Shown here piece after piece: positions 13,811 to 29,152 of a stretch of DNA of 64,000 nucleotides. This DNA comes from Eledone cirrhosa (Eukaryota), in NCBI GenBank assembly GCA_964016885.1, contig OZ024741.1, forward strand, positions 225,804,001 to 225,868,000, in the 5' to 3' direction. The notes under the pieces were generated by a model. It saw nothing but the letters and a program-made list of their open reading frames with translations, searched no databases and had not been told where the DNA came from. The position numbers were made by a program, and so were the translations under genes. Each line of letters starts with the position of its first letter. Position 1 is the stretch's first letter.

Positions 13811-15465
13811 GTAATAATAATAATAAATATAAAGACTAAAATCCAAAGAGGGCTCGATAAGGATAAATATATATCAGATATATAAGAACCGTAGAGCAAA
13901 TATTTATTAAAATAACAGATTAAAGTTTAAGCAAAGAATCGCTGCTTTCACCCTTAACGGGATCTTCTGAAACTAAAAAAAGTCAATCTGTGAACGCAGA
14001 AGTAAATATTTCAAAAGACGTTACAACCGAAGGAAGACAGGAAGACGATACTTTGGTTCGTGGAAACGTTCCCTGGCAAAGAACGGAAAAAGACAAAACC
14101 ACGTTTATGGTATAAATGAAGTTGTAGACTAATATTCTATTAGGTGGTTCGAGGAGACGTTCTATGGCAATGAGCCGAAACAACGAAGATAATACGTCAT
14201 TATGTGGTACAAGGAGAACAATTACACGCAAAGACAAAACCACGTAAATGGTATAACTGAAGTCGTAGATTAAAATTCTATTTAGGAAACCGAATGATTC
14301 TGGGCTTCAGAGTTAAGAAATTAAATACAGAGGTAAATACAGAGGTAAATAAAATACAGAGGTAATTGAAATTAAATAAATACATACACGCATCCATGTA
14401 AATACATACACGAGCAGACGCGTAAACAATCGCCATGGGTATGCAAATACAAGTACGTACGAAAAAACAAAACAAAAAAAAATCCGCACGCACATACAGG
14501 ACCCACGCAACGCCTGATCCCGCGAACATACGAACGTATACACGAAAGACACATAAAAAAATATATATAAACATATATACATTTACATGCGTGTGTGTGT
14601 GTGCGTGTATACATAATTAAATAAACGTATATAAATATACACACATAAATACGTATATAACGCGTGTACACACACACACCTACATGTAAATACACATATG
14701 ACCGCGGACCCACCTCAACCAAAACACAAAGTACACATATACACACACCCTACATACGTACGAATCTGCATACTTACACAAGTGCAAAACTCACGTATAC
14801 AGATAACCAAATGCACGTGTACCAGTATATATAATATATACGCCAATAACATATACAAGCAAATATACGTACGAGAAAGTATATGTACCTTCACAAAACA
14901 TACAGGTAATATTTACTTACCTATACGAATAAGTAATTGTATTAACATAACATATACTTAGCTACCACATCAAGACGTAAATTATCCGCGTATAGTTCGT
15001 ACTATCCGTTAGGGTATAATGTGGGGCTGTAATACAGGAAAGTTTTGTGCAATTTATGTTTACAAGCCGAAATTGCTTCAGATTTTTTGTTTAAGATGTG
15101 GTCTTTGGCATAGAGTATTTCCAGGGCCTCAGCGGTGCAGAGATCACATGGTCTTTTATTTCCGTTATACGATCTAGCCCTAGCTAGGATCTCCCAGTGT
15201 AGCTTATTTTGGGTGTGCTTGTCTTTTAGACTCCAGATATAAGCTGAAAGTGACGTCATATTCCTTCTTAAAGGGTAACGAAAAGAATGGGTATGCATGT
15301 AAAGACGCTGCTTGAATCTATTGGCGGTTAACCCTATGTAGGCCCTACGGGCCGTGAGTGTTTCAACCTTACATTTGTAGACAATGTTACTAGAGAGGCA
15401 TTTCCCGGATAGGGGGCAGTCAACCCGATTCCACCAATTACAGTTAGTACTAGCTACAGGGTTGC
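13811..15465 (-). mobile_element. PLE 3' part: GIY-YIG endonuclease, 3' UTR/pLTR and HHR
   Basis: [19 protein letters not shown]...YIGLTANRFKQR..H..SF...CDLC, ending at 15002. HHR at 13924-13974 on the same strand. Bounded by (TA)n. Confidence 0.85.
13924..13974 (-). ncRNA. Type I HHR with CAGAAGA variant core
   Basis: Minus strand: agttt CAGAAGA t ccc-gttaa-ggg t GAAA gca-gcgattctt-tgc TT aaact. All three stems pair. Confidence 0.65.
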
Positions 15466-15490
15466 ACATACATACATACACACACTCACG

Positions 15491-15588
<98 letters not shown>

Positions 15589-15593
15589 TTATT

Positions 15594-15629
15594 TCTTCTG
15601 ATGATGGACTCGCGTCCGAAACGTTAAGA
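15594..15629 (+). ncRNA. Minimal type I HHR in a ~130-bp insert (15585-15718) between (TA)n tracts
   Basis: tctt CTGATGA t ggac-tcgc-gtcc GAAA cg TT aaga. Stem III is the palindrome ACGT. Confidence 0.8.
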
Positions 15630-15752
15630 CTCTCTTCCTGCTATATCAAGCGTTAACCTAATATATGCCCTTCCATATACTGTACCAATTGTGTTGTTAT
15701 TTCTGTTTACCTTTTACATATATATATATATATGTATTTATATATATATATA

Positions 15753-15783
<31 letters not shown>

Positions 15784-15786
15784 GTG

Positions 15787-15877
<91 letters not shown>

Positions 15878-15878
<1 letters not shown>

Positions 15879-16040
15879 AAGAGTCAGGACTCCGACAGCT
15901 AGAATCGAACACGTTCGGATATAGCTGTAGAAACGGCCGGAGCTCGGCCGTCGGGGTCCTGACTCTTTTCCTATTACCCACTCTACTACTCTAAGTATCG
16001 AGTACTCTGGTGTGTTATGGTCTGCCTGGTTCCTTACCAC
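15878..16040 (+). mobile_element. Family A variant insert with a short inverted 5' arm
   Basis: aagagtcaggactccgac pairs with gtcggggtcctgactctt. Contains GAAA-CGGCCG-gagct-CGGCCG-TC. The tail is homologous to 772-850. Confidence 0.7.
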
Positions 16041-16727
16041 ACACACACACACACACATATATATATACATTTATTTGTATAAACGAGGAACGTTATGTTG
16101 CAAACGAAGCTGTGCTTAAGCTTGATCATTTTTCTTAAGGATGTTCTTCATATCATTATTACTTTTATATGCTTTATCCTCTGTAAATTTGAACCAAAAC
16201 CTTAACGGATAGCCATGCAATATAACAAGTAGTAACAGGTTATTTGGTGACTGTGTGTAGTGATCGAATAACTAACACCTACACACATATTTCGGAATGG
16301 CATATTGTCCAATAATAACATTGTGTGCATTGTATATATTCTCCTAACCAATACTGCCATTGATATATAGCTGACATATTTTCTCCATTTAACTTAATAG
16401 GATTTCTATGAGAATGTATAGTTTAATGCAATATCGATAACGTCTTGTAAGCTTCTGATGCATCAGGATCTTATGGTTGGATGATGATAAAAGAGTGTAG
16501 GAAAAGATGGGTATATAACAGGTATAGAGAGAAAAGGGAATAAGAAGATAGTGATAAGTAGTGGTAAAAGATCACGTAGCTTGTATCACCGCGTATGTGT
16601 GTTGGGTGTATATATATATATATATATTTAAAAATACATACATATGTACATTTATATACATATAAATATGCATACATATGTACATATATATATATACATA
16701 CACACACACAAATATATATATATATCT

Positions 16728-17275
16728 AAATGGAAAAAATGAAACGAAATTTCATTTCTCACTCTTAGTACGGCTGTTACTTAAATATAAGTATGCATAC
16801 TTACATACATATATGTATACATGCGTACAGTAGTATGTATATATATATACATACATGCACACACATATATATATATGTACGTATGTGTTTACCGAACATT
16901 TATTATTATGCTCGGTTTGTTTGTAAACAAACAGCCAGAATTAAGCCTTACAGTCTTTAGCAACAATCGTTGCCCTTTTGTTCAACACTGACAAAGGAAC
17001 GATGTACTAGTTTCAAGCTTATACGATGCTGACGATAGCTAATAAGCTTGAAACTAGTACATCGTTCCTTTGTCAATGTTGACCAAAAGGGCAACGAAGG
17101 TTGCTAAACACTGTACGGCTTAATTCGGGCTGTTTGTTTACAAACAAATCGAGCATAATAATAAATGTTCGGTTATTCCATACGTACATTTATATATATG
17201 TGTGCATGTATGTATATATACACATACTACTGTACGTCTGTATACATATATGTATGTACGTATACATACTTATAT
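16728..17275. mobile_element. Fold-back insert family C in (TA)n
   Basis: Inverted arms at about 16785-17022 and 17042-17275. Homologous to 32078-32350 and 47545-48157. Confidence 0.78.
17023..17065 (+). ncRNA. Type I HHR (family C)
   Basis: acgatg CTGACGA t agct-aata-agct t GAAA ctag TA catcgt. Perfect 6-bp stem I and palindromic ACTAGT stem III. Confidence 0.85.
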
Positions 17276-17297
17276 TTATTTATATATATATATATAT

Positions 17298-17500
17298 AGG
17301 AACGATCGACTTTCGTCCAATCGGACCGAGGGAACAATGTTTCCGTTGGTCTTTCCAATTGCTAATACTATCTATCGGTCGCAACTCCAGGTAGAAGGAG
17401 CAACGTGAAATAAAGTGCTTAACGCATCGCCTGGTCCAGGAATCGAACTCACAACCTTACGATTGCGAATCCAATTCTCTAACCACCCAGCCACACGCCT

Positions 17501-17503
<3 letters not shown>
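17298..17503 (-). mobile_element. tRNA-derived SINE between (TA)n tracts
   Basis: Minus strand has A box TGGCTGGGTGG and B box GAGTTCGATTC. A near-identical copy lies at 48410-48628. Confidence 0.75.
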
Positions 17504-17560
<57 letters not shown>

Positions 17561-17785
17561 TATGTATTTGTATATATGAGTATAAGTAAGTGCATATGTA
17601 TGTATGATTATATATCTAATTCTATGTATGAATATACATGTATATATATGTGTGTATGTAAGTTGTGTGTGTATGTATGTATATGTCTATGTATGTATAT
17701 ATATATATATGTATATCGATGTACGTGTATGTATGTACATGTATGTCTATGTATGTGTGTATGTATGTGTATGTATATTTAGGTG

Positions 17786-17840
<55 letters not shown>

Positions 17841-18079
17841 ATATATATATGTATATATCTTTATTATTTATTTTTTATATATATGTGTAATGTGTGTATG
17901 TGTTGTGTGTGTGTGTGTCTGTATATATATCTTTATATATGTGTATGTGTATGTTCGTGTAGGTGTATGTGTGTGTATGACTTTATATGTATGTGTGTAT
18001 GTGTGTATGCGTAAATATTTCTATGTGTGTGTACATGTATGTATGTGTATATATCTGTATGTGTGTGTATGTGTATTTG

Positions 18080-18112
<33 letters not shown>

Positions 18113-18138
18113 GTTATATATATATATGTATATGTATA

Positions 18139-18179
<41 letters not shown>

Positions 18180-18740
18180 ATATGTTTTTCTATTTGTATA
18201 TGTATATGTGTATAGGTATATACCTTTCTCTTTGTATTTCTAAGTTGTGTGATAGTGTAGTGGTGTTTGTATGTATATACCGATATATAGATGCGTAAGT
18301 ATTTGTCTGTATGTATATATGTAAGTCTGTATATATTTGTGTGTATATATAGCTATGTATGTGTATATCTGTATGTATATTAGTATGTAAGTGTTGTATA
18401 TGTGCATGTATGTGTGTGGTTATATATATCTGTGTCTATATAGTATGTGTGATTATATGTATATGTGTGTGTATATGTACGTGTATATACATATATATGT
18501 ATATATATATATATATGTGTGTATATATATATATGTATATATATATGTATGTGTATTTGTATGTATATGTGTGTATGTATGTATGCGTGTATATGTATAT
18601 GTTTATATATGTGTGTGTATGTATGTTCTTAGTGTGGATGTGTGTATATGTATGTATGTGTTTGTATATGTGTGTATATTTATGTATGGGTGTGTGTGTG
18701 TCTATGTGTATATATATGTATATTTATATATATATATATA

Positions 18741-18771
<31 letters not shown>

Positions 18772-18810
18772 GTATGTGTATATATGTGTATATATATATA
18801 TTTATTTTCT
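17504..18810. repeat. Compound (TA)/(TG) microsatellite
   Basis: Seen directly. Confidence 0.9.
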
Positions 18811-19479
18811 TGATATATTTCTTTTTTCTTTTTTCTTTTTTCTTTTTTCTGTTTTTCTTTCTATTCTTTCCTCTTTAATGTTTATTTATTTTTTATTTTT
18901 TTATTTTTTTATTTTTTTATTTTTTTATTTTTCTTAGTTTATAGATACATCTATATTAGGCAGTCTGCTCAGACCGTTGAATACTGACCCCTCCCCCCCT
19001 CCCACCTAATTTCTGTATCTTGATCTAAAAATGTGTGTGCCAGTGTTTTATGTGAGTGAATTAATATCCATGTGCTTATGATTTTATATCCACATATATA
19101 AATGTGAGTGGGGGTGTGTGTGTGTTTGTATGTTCGTGGTTATGTGTATATTTATGCATATACGCGCGTGTATGTGTGATTGTACGGATATGTGTGAGTA
19201 TGAAAAAATATATTTGTATACTTAATTTCATAAGTGTCAATACGCATCTTATCTGTGCATTATAAATTTACAGAGACATTAACCTTGAAATTTTGTATTT
19301 GCATCCATCCTTTTAGTATGCGTATACAAATTATACATACATTTTTGTAAAATATGTGTAAGGGTTTTACATGTATATACACACACCGAACTGCATTTAA
19401 CCCTTTGTGTTTTCATTGGTCAATTTTGTTCCCAAACGGACCTGAAATTTTGAATTGTTGTTATTATCAATAAATATAC

Positions 19480-19634
19480 TTCATTATTTCTGAAGACGGC
19501 GTATATATGTGTTTGGTATGTATATTTAATCTTGATAATTTGTATAATTTTGTATAATTTTGTACATAGATCTGTTGAATATGCATACCAATTCTAACAC
19601 ATATATATCCTAGAAACGATCGTTAAATAATGAA
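19480..19634 (+). ncRNA. Type I HHR with 116-nt stem II
   Basis: ttcattattt CTGAAGA [long hairpin: tatatatgtgtt/aacacatatata and tggtatgtatatttaa/ttgaatatgcatacca] GAAA cgatcg TT aaataatgaa. Perfect 10-bp stem I. Confidence 0.8.
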
Positions 19635-19679
19635 CTTTTTTTGTTTAATATAAGGAATTGTTTATTCATTATTTGTTTA

Positions 19680-19728
<49 letters not shown>

Positions 19729-19730
<2 letters not shown>

Positions 19731-19912
19731 CGAAGGAAATGTGGTAAGGAACCAGGTGGACCTTAACGCACCAAAGTACTCAATACTTGAGGTAGTAGAG
19801 TGGGTAATAGGAACCAGTAAGACCCCGACAGCTGAGCTCAAGCCGTTTCGACGGCTAATTCTGAATTAGCCGTCGAAACGGCTTGAGCTCAGCTGTCGGG
19901 GTCTTACTGGTT

Positions 19913-19917
<5 letters not shown>
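19729..19917 (-). mobile_element. Family A fold-back insert, almost identical to 772-960
   Basis: Palindrome 19807-19917, centre 19862, with the same ends as the first copy. Confidence 0.78.
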
Positions 19918-20005
<88 letters not shown>

Positions 20006-20086
20006 ATATATATTTTGTTTATAATAAACTCTATTGCTTATTTACTGCAATGCTATCTCGGCCAAAACATTGTCCAGGTTGAATTT

Positions 20087-20123
<37 letters not shown>

Positions 20124-20459
20124 CTTCCCATACACGTAGAGACAGAGATTTTCAGGTACATAGATAAATGTATACAATAGTTACATAGATAATATCTTTG
20201 TAACTGTGTGATAAATCTTTATAACACATATGGAATTGAATAACATACACTTAAGAAAACGTAATTTAGAAATTTAAACTTATTTACAAACACATGTATT
20301 ATGCAGGTTTTTCATTACTTACAACATTAGACTCAGTTTCGCACATCATGACTATACAGGATGGTGGTTTTAGCTATTGCAGTTATATATTGATGTGTGA
20401 ATTTCAATCTAAGAATATAATTGTTATAATGCTTGTCCTCTTTAGAGTCTTAAAAAAGT

Positions 20460-20727
20460 ATAAAGTCTGTCTTAAGCCAGAAGGCTTATGTGGCCGGTGC
20501 TTATCCCGGTTTCATGGCGTTAAGCGACTGAGAGTACAAGACACCCCTCTGAACAGGACGCCAGTCCATCGCAGTGTTAAACCCTCAGCTGGTTCTCATT
20601 TTCAGCTGAATATACTGGAGCAAAGTGAACTGAAGTGTTTTCCTCAAGAACACAACACGCAACCCAGGAATCGAACCCATGACATAATGATCGTAAGTAC
20701 AACACCCTTACCACTAGGCCACGTGCA
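20460..20727 (-). mobile_element. tRNA-derived SINE
   Basis: Minus strand has TGGCCTAGTGG and GGGTTCGATTCC boxes. A homologue lies at 30880-31157. Confidence 0.75.
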
Positions 20728-20809
20728 TCCGCCCTCTTTAGAGTATTTCAATAGAAAACCCTTAAGTGTGTGAAGTAGTCTTCTGCAAAACAAAGTTTAT
20801 GAGTGGATT

Positions 20810-21170
20810 TCGATTCCAGTAAGAAGTAAACGGTTTTATCTATGTAAAAATAATGTGTATCCATCGGAAGAGAACACATTCGATTCCAATTAGAAGTCAG
20901 GTTTACTGATGTAAGACATGCGTAATTCTCCGAAGAGAGAGCATTTCGGTCCCAATTAGAAGACAGGTTTACTGATGTAAAACTGGTGTACTTTCCGAAA
21001 GGAGATGGATTTCCATTCTAATTAGAAGCCAGTTTTACTCCACGAAAGTGGGAAGTTTTCAATTCCAGTTAGTAAAGACAGTTTTACCTAAGAAAGGGAA
21101 TATCTCGCAATGATGGGGTGGGGTGGGGGTTGATTCTAATTAGAGGACGTAAAAGGAGTACTTTTCGGGT
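20810..21170 (+). repeat. Degenerate tandem repeat, unit about 50-70 bp
   Basis: ttcgattccaattagaag...gttt recurs at about 20810, 20879, 20945, 21011, 21058 and 21131. Confidence 0.65.
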
Positions 21171-21369
21171 AGGAAGGAACCGAACCATGGTTCTAACGTC
21201 AGTTTCGCCAGTGTTTTATTTATTGTTGTTTAACTTCAACTTTCGACGCACGATAAAATGGCATTCCCCTCATGACAATCCTTTGTTTCATGTCCCATGA
21301 ATAGTTTACACGGACCTACAATTATTGATGTATCGTTTTTTTTTAAAACGAAACAAAAATAAAATAAAA

Positions 21370-22695
21370 TAATGGCTTCTCATTTAGGCACAAGGCCAAC
21401 AATTTTAGGGGATGGGAAAGTAGTTGAAATCGACCCCAGTGCGTGACTGGTACTTTAATTTATCGACCCCGTAAGGATGAAAGGCAAAGAGTTAACTTCG
21501 GCAAGATTTAAACTCAAATCGCAAATGGTAATAACTTTATACTGCGAAGCATGTTGTCCGATGCTCTACTGATTCTGCCAATCCACCGCGAAAATAAAAT
21601 AAAATAATAAACGGTGTAATGTGATTTGAAAAAGAACTGGCTGCTATTTCTTGCTGATCAACCGATCAAAGACATACTCGCTCGTTGGCTCAACACCTGT
21701 GTACAAGAAATGCAACACCTTTGTTTTGCCGTCAATCGGCATTCCCTTGTGTCAGTGTTCGTTTGGACAACCTTTTTGAGAGGGTCTTGAGTTCGACTTC
21801 AAAGCCAAAGTCGGATCAAACATCACCCGGAGGGTCATCAACAATTGTAAAAACTTGTTGAGATATAAAAGTAGTTGGAATGCCTGGTAGGGATGCTTCG
21901 CTCGCTTTTCTCAGAGCCTGTTAATGTTATATAAAATTTACTGCCCCGATCAATGATTTTGACAGGGAATTGATTCTTCCTGCTGCGAAGTTCAACGTCG
22001 TCTTATCAGTATTTACGTAATTCTAAGGAGGGGGGAGATCGGCAGAGCTTTGGCCAACTCTTTACTACTATTTGTTCCGTTTCTTTACGTTCTGAGTTCA
22101 AATCCCGCCGAGGTTAATTTGCCTTTCATCCTTACGAGGTCGATAAAATAAAGTACCAGTCATGTACTGGGTTCGATGAAATCGACTTTTCCCCTCCCCA
22201 AATTTTCTGACCTTGTGCCAAAAGTAGAAACGAATATTTTCACTCTCAGGGAAGTGGATTAACAGAATCATTAGACCATCGGACAAATGCTCAGCGTTAT
22301 TTGTTTCGGCTCTTTACGTTCTGAGTTCAAATCTCGCCGAGGTCTATTTCACATTTCATCATTCCTGGGTCGATAAAATAATAGACAAGTCAGGTCCACA
22401 AATCGATATGATCGATTTTCCTCTTCACCAAAATTGCTGGTTTTTGTGCCAAGTTTAGAACCCATCAAGGGCAGTAAATTGGTGGAATCATTAGGGCGTC
22501 AGACAAAATGCTTTTCGATGTTTAGTTACGGCTTTTAAAGTTCTGGGTTCAATTTCTGTCGGGGTTTACTTTGCTTTTCATCCTTTAGGGGTTGGAAGAT
22601 AAAGAATCTGTCAAGTACTGAGTTAGATATAACCGACTTTCCACTTTCCCCTCTTCCCGAATTGCTGCCTTTGTGCCTAAAGTTGAAATTATTAA
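21370..22695. mobile_element. Cluster of tRNA-derived SINEs with a Deu/Nin-like central domain
   Basis: B box GAGTTCAAATCC followed by GCCTTTCATCCTTACG.GGTCGATAAAATAAAGTACCAG. One minus copy and three plus copies. The domain name is from memory. Confidence 0.75.
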
Positions 22696-23106
22696 TATAA
22701 TCACCAACTTCGTCGTTGACAACAACAATATCACTGTCACCATTTCTTCTCTCAGTGCTCGAAATTTATCTCATAGGATAACTCCTAATGTTCTCTATTC
22801 CTCTTGAAACTCATTATCCTTCAAGAAAGTGGAAGAGTTAAAAAGAGGTCTTAATGATAAGAAGATGCGGTCGGCGCCACCTCCAAACCTAAATGGATTA
22901 CATCATAGGGAATGTAGAGAGTCTAATTGATTACAGCTTCCTATTTCTTTTGCCATCTACACCCACAGAAAAATATGAAAGATGTATGTATGTATGATCG
23001 TATGTATGTATGTACACATAGACATTATATATATATACATATATATTTGTACATATACATATTTATACATAATACACACACGCGTATATATATACATAAC
23101 ACCCCA

Positions 23107-23153
<47 letters not shown>

Positions 23154-23647
23154 TTATATACATACATACATATGGTTCAACAGCTGTCCAAACAAATGAA
23201 TTGGAAGCCGCAACAGAATTCTGATTACAAATAACGATTGGTCGTAGAAACAACACTTCTGAAATTATTTGAAGAGGAGATAGAGGATATCTTTGTCGAG
23301 TTTTCATTTGAATAAGAACATTATTACTACTTCACAGGAGGTGACGGAACGATATATTACTGTAGATGCAAGAAGAACATTGTCGGCAGATGTTTGACGA
23401 CTTCATAGAAATTCTAACGTTATTTAATATGGCTGCGGATGTCAAAATTATTAATAAATTCCTTTTGACATCTATATTCCACAATAGAAAATGTTTTCCA
23501 GGCGTTTAGTTTTGTCCGTTCACCTGACGATCCAGCCATTCATTCCTCCATAAGTCGTGGAAGGTAGGATGAACTGGAGAAAAGAATGATTATGGGTTAA
23601 TTCCATTTCGTAGAAATAGAAATTTGTTGTATAAATGGGTGAAGCCA

Positions 23648-23701
<54 letters not shown>

Positions 23702-23770
23702 TAGTCGTTTTGGAAGCCTCAACAATGCAGAAGGGTAAATCTCCGGTAACAAAATGAGGTGGTATTGAGC

Positions 23771-23821
<51 letters not shown>

Positions 23822-24121
23822 GAGGAAGCGTAGAAAGAGACGTAGAGAGCGTAAAAGAACGTAAGAAAGTTGTAAAACAATAAGAAGAGATAGAGTTTCC
23901 TTGGAAGCGATTTAATAGACCCTATATTTCGGATTCCACATCCATCAACAGGGAGATTTTCGGAGGGGAAAGAGTTGTGTCGGAAAAGGGATGCCGGCGA
24001 TACATTTTAAACCTGGGCAATTTAAACCTGGCAAAGGCTAGTTGTCTCCAGTTCCCTCAAAACACAGTCGATTTCTTCCAAAGAGGTAGAGAGAGAGAGC
24101 GAGAGGGAGAGAGAGAGAGAG

Positions 24122-24189
<68 letters not shown>

Positions 24190-24859
24190 AAGGTAAGCGA
24201 GATATTGAGCAAGAATCGCCCTAGTACTGGACTTCTACTCGTTTTTAACGATCCCACATGTAGAAAGCTTATCTTCGCGGGATTTGAATTGAGAGGGCAG
24301 TGAGAGCCAGAAGTAATACCGCAATGCATTCTATCTGATGCTCTAATGACTCAAGAAATTCTCCGTCTTGCGTTATTATAAGTAATTCGAATATATATAT
24401 GTGTATCTGTGTGTGTGTGTATTCAATATTTATATTTTTAGAAATTTAATTATTTATGAAATAGGCATCAACATACATTAAAGTAGTAGTATTAATGTCT
24501 GGATATGAAATTTTAATTATTTCCCAATAAAGCTTTTTGAAAATCCTGACTAGTTGAAACGATACAGATGTTTCGTTTGATTTCGTGAATTAGAACATGA
24601 TTTGATTTTTTTTTTTTTTTTGACTTGGTTTTGAAGATGGTAACACGTAGAAAAGTCAATGCGTTGGATTAGAAATGCATCGGTATTTGTTCCGGCTCAC
24701 TGCACTGAGTTAACATTCCACCAAGGTCAACTTTGCCTTTCATCCATTTCAGCTTGTACCAGTCCAATACTAGGCCGAGTCTTCACTTATCTGAACTCTT
24801 TACGTGTTGTCATAGAATAATAGAATACATCCTTATAGCATTAATTTATACTCATGCAA

Positions 24860-25250
24860 GGGCGATAGATCAGCAGTATCGTTAGAACGTCAGACACCGT
24901 GCTTTGCAGCATAGAGTTATGGCCCTTCATGATCTGAGTTCAAATCCCGCCAAGGTTAACTTTGCCTTTCGTCCTTACGGGATCGATAAAATAAAGCACC
25001 AGTAACGTACTGGGGTCGATTTGGTCGACTTTCCCCTCCCCCAAATTACTGGCCTTGTGCCTATTCTAGAAATCATTAATTTATCGGTGGATTGGCAGTA
25101 TCGGTAGAGATTCGGACGCCATGCTTTGACGCATTCTGAGTTCAAATCCCGACGAGGTTAATTTTGCCTTTCATCCTTACAGGGTCGATAAAATAAAGTA
25201 CCAGTAATACACTGTAAAATTGCTGGCCTTGTGTCAAATGTAGAAACAAT
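24860..25250 (+). mobile_element. Two tandem Deu/Nin-like SINEs
   Basis: Same motifs as 21370-22695. Confidence 0.75.
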
Positions 25251-25592
25251 TAATTTATACTCATGCACACACACTCATACACGCGCGCGCACACATGCAC
25301 ACACACACACTCATCCATGCGCATACACACAGTCACACAGACGCACACACACACATATATATATGTATATTTATATATATATGGAGAGAGAGAGAGAGAG
25401 AGGGGAAGATAACTATATATATACAGAGAGAGAAGGAGATCTGTTGTGTTTTGAGCTGGAGCACAATAGGCTCTACCAGGTTTAAACTCACAAGACGCCA
25501 CGTGTGTCAAGACGAGAAAAACACTTGATTCAGCAAACATATGTAGTTATGCATGCACACATACACATGCATATATACATGACTATATATGC

Positions 25593-25625
<33 letters not shown>

Positions 25626-25770
25626 ATGTGTATACGTGTAATTATATGTACATAGATGTATGTATATATACATATATGTGTGTGTGGAGGCACGTGGCCT
25701 AGTGGTAAGGGTGTTTTCCTGTGTTTTTTCCTCTCTCTATTTTATATGTATGTATATATATGTATGTATG

Positions 25771-25803
<33 letters not shown>

Positions 25804-25857
25804 GTATGTATATATATATATATGTATGTATATATATATATGTAAGTATATATATAT

Positions 25858-28119
<2,262 letters not shown>

Positions 28120-29029
28120 ACTACATAGGTAGCACAATTCGACCTTTGCACATCCGGATCAAGGAACACACTAAAACCAGGGCCTCGTCTTTCCGGAAAC
28201 ACATAGACAAATGCGGAAACAAAGACGGAAGGCCCATTGTCACAATTCTAGCGACTGAAAGAAACGTCGGCACGTTACGTATCAAGGAAGCGCTTTTTAT
28301 CAAACGACTACAACCGCAAATAAACAACCGATCAGAGAGAAGCGAAATGAAATGGCTGGTTTAAGTTAACAAGCGATGCAACAACACACAACAGACGCAC
28401 ACACACACACACGCAAACGAGACAACTAAACTACACAACTACACACACACACGCACACACACACAGTAGCATTCCACCATACGAACATACAACACTGCCA
28501 ATACAGATGAACAAGGCAACAACACACACACACACACACACACTCAAGCGAGACAACAACACACGCACACACACACACACAGTAACATTTAACAAACAGG
28601 CAGAGAATGGACTGAGAGCTAGCGCCATTCCACTCCCACATTCGGCCGCTGACCTCTATACGACCGACCCCATTTCACGCGCCCGCGCGCTCGGCCGAAT
28701 ACCTCAGATATTCAAATCAACAAACAGCGAAAGGCGCGTTCCGAGTTGTCCGACAGACAACCTTTTCCCCCACCCCGGAAAAAATCCCCAGTTGATGGAC
28801 GTGAATCCGAAATATATAGGGACTATTAAATATCTCCCAAGGTAACTCTCTCTTGTGTTGTTATTTTTATTTTTATCCTTTATACTCTTCCCTTCATTCT
28901 ACACATCTCACACATCATATACACACCACGCATCTCAACGTACACCCACTTACATCTCTCTCTCCACCACCGGACCTTGTTACCCGGAGATTTACCCATT
29001 TGCATTGTCGAGGCTTCCAAACGACTTAA

Positions 29030-29030
<1 letters not shown>
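28120..29030 (+). mobile_element. PLE 3' fragment (GIY-YIG C-terminus and 3' UTR) in (TA)n
   Basis: [17 protein letters not shown]...[22 protein letters not shown] degenerate HHR lies at 28785-28822. Confidence 0.85.
28785..28822 (+). ncRNA. Degenerate HHR motif
   Basis: tccc CAGTTGA t gga-cgtgaa-tcc GAAA tata TA ggga. The stems pair, but the core differs from CTGATGA at two positions. Confidence 0.5.
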
Positions 29031-29113
<83 letters not shown>

Positions 29114-29116
29114 GTT

Positions 29117-29152
<36 letters not shown>

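Noticed and set aside
20810-21170. CRISPR-like repeat-spacer pattern
   Set aside because: The repeats are degenerate, the spacers resemble one another, the context is eukaryotic and there are no cas genes. It is a decayed minisatellite.
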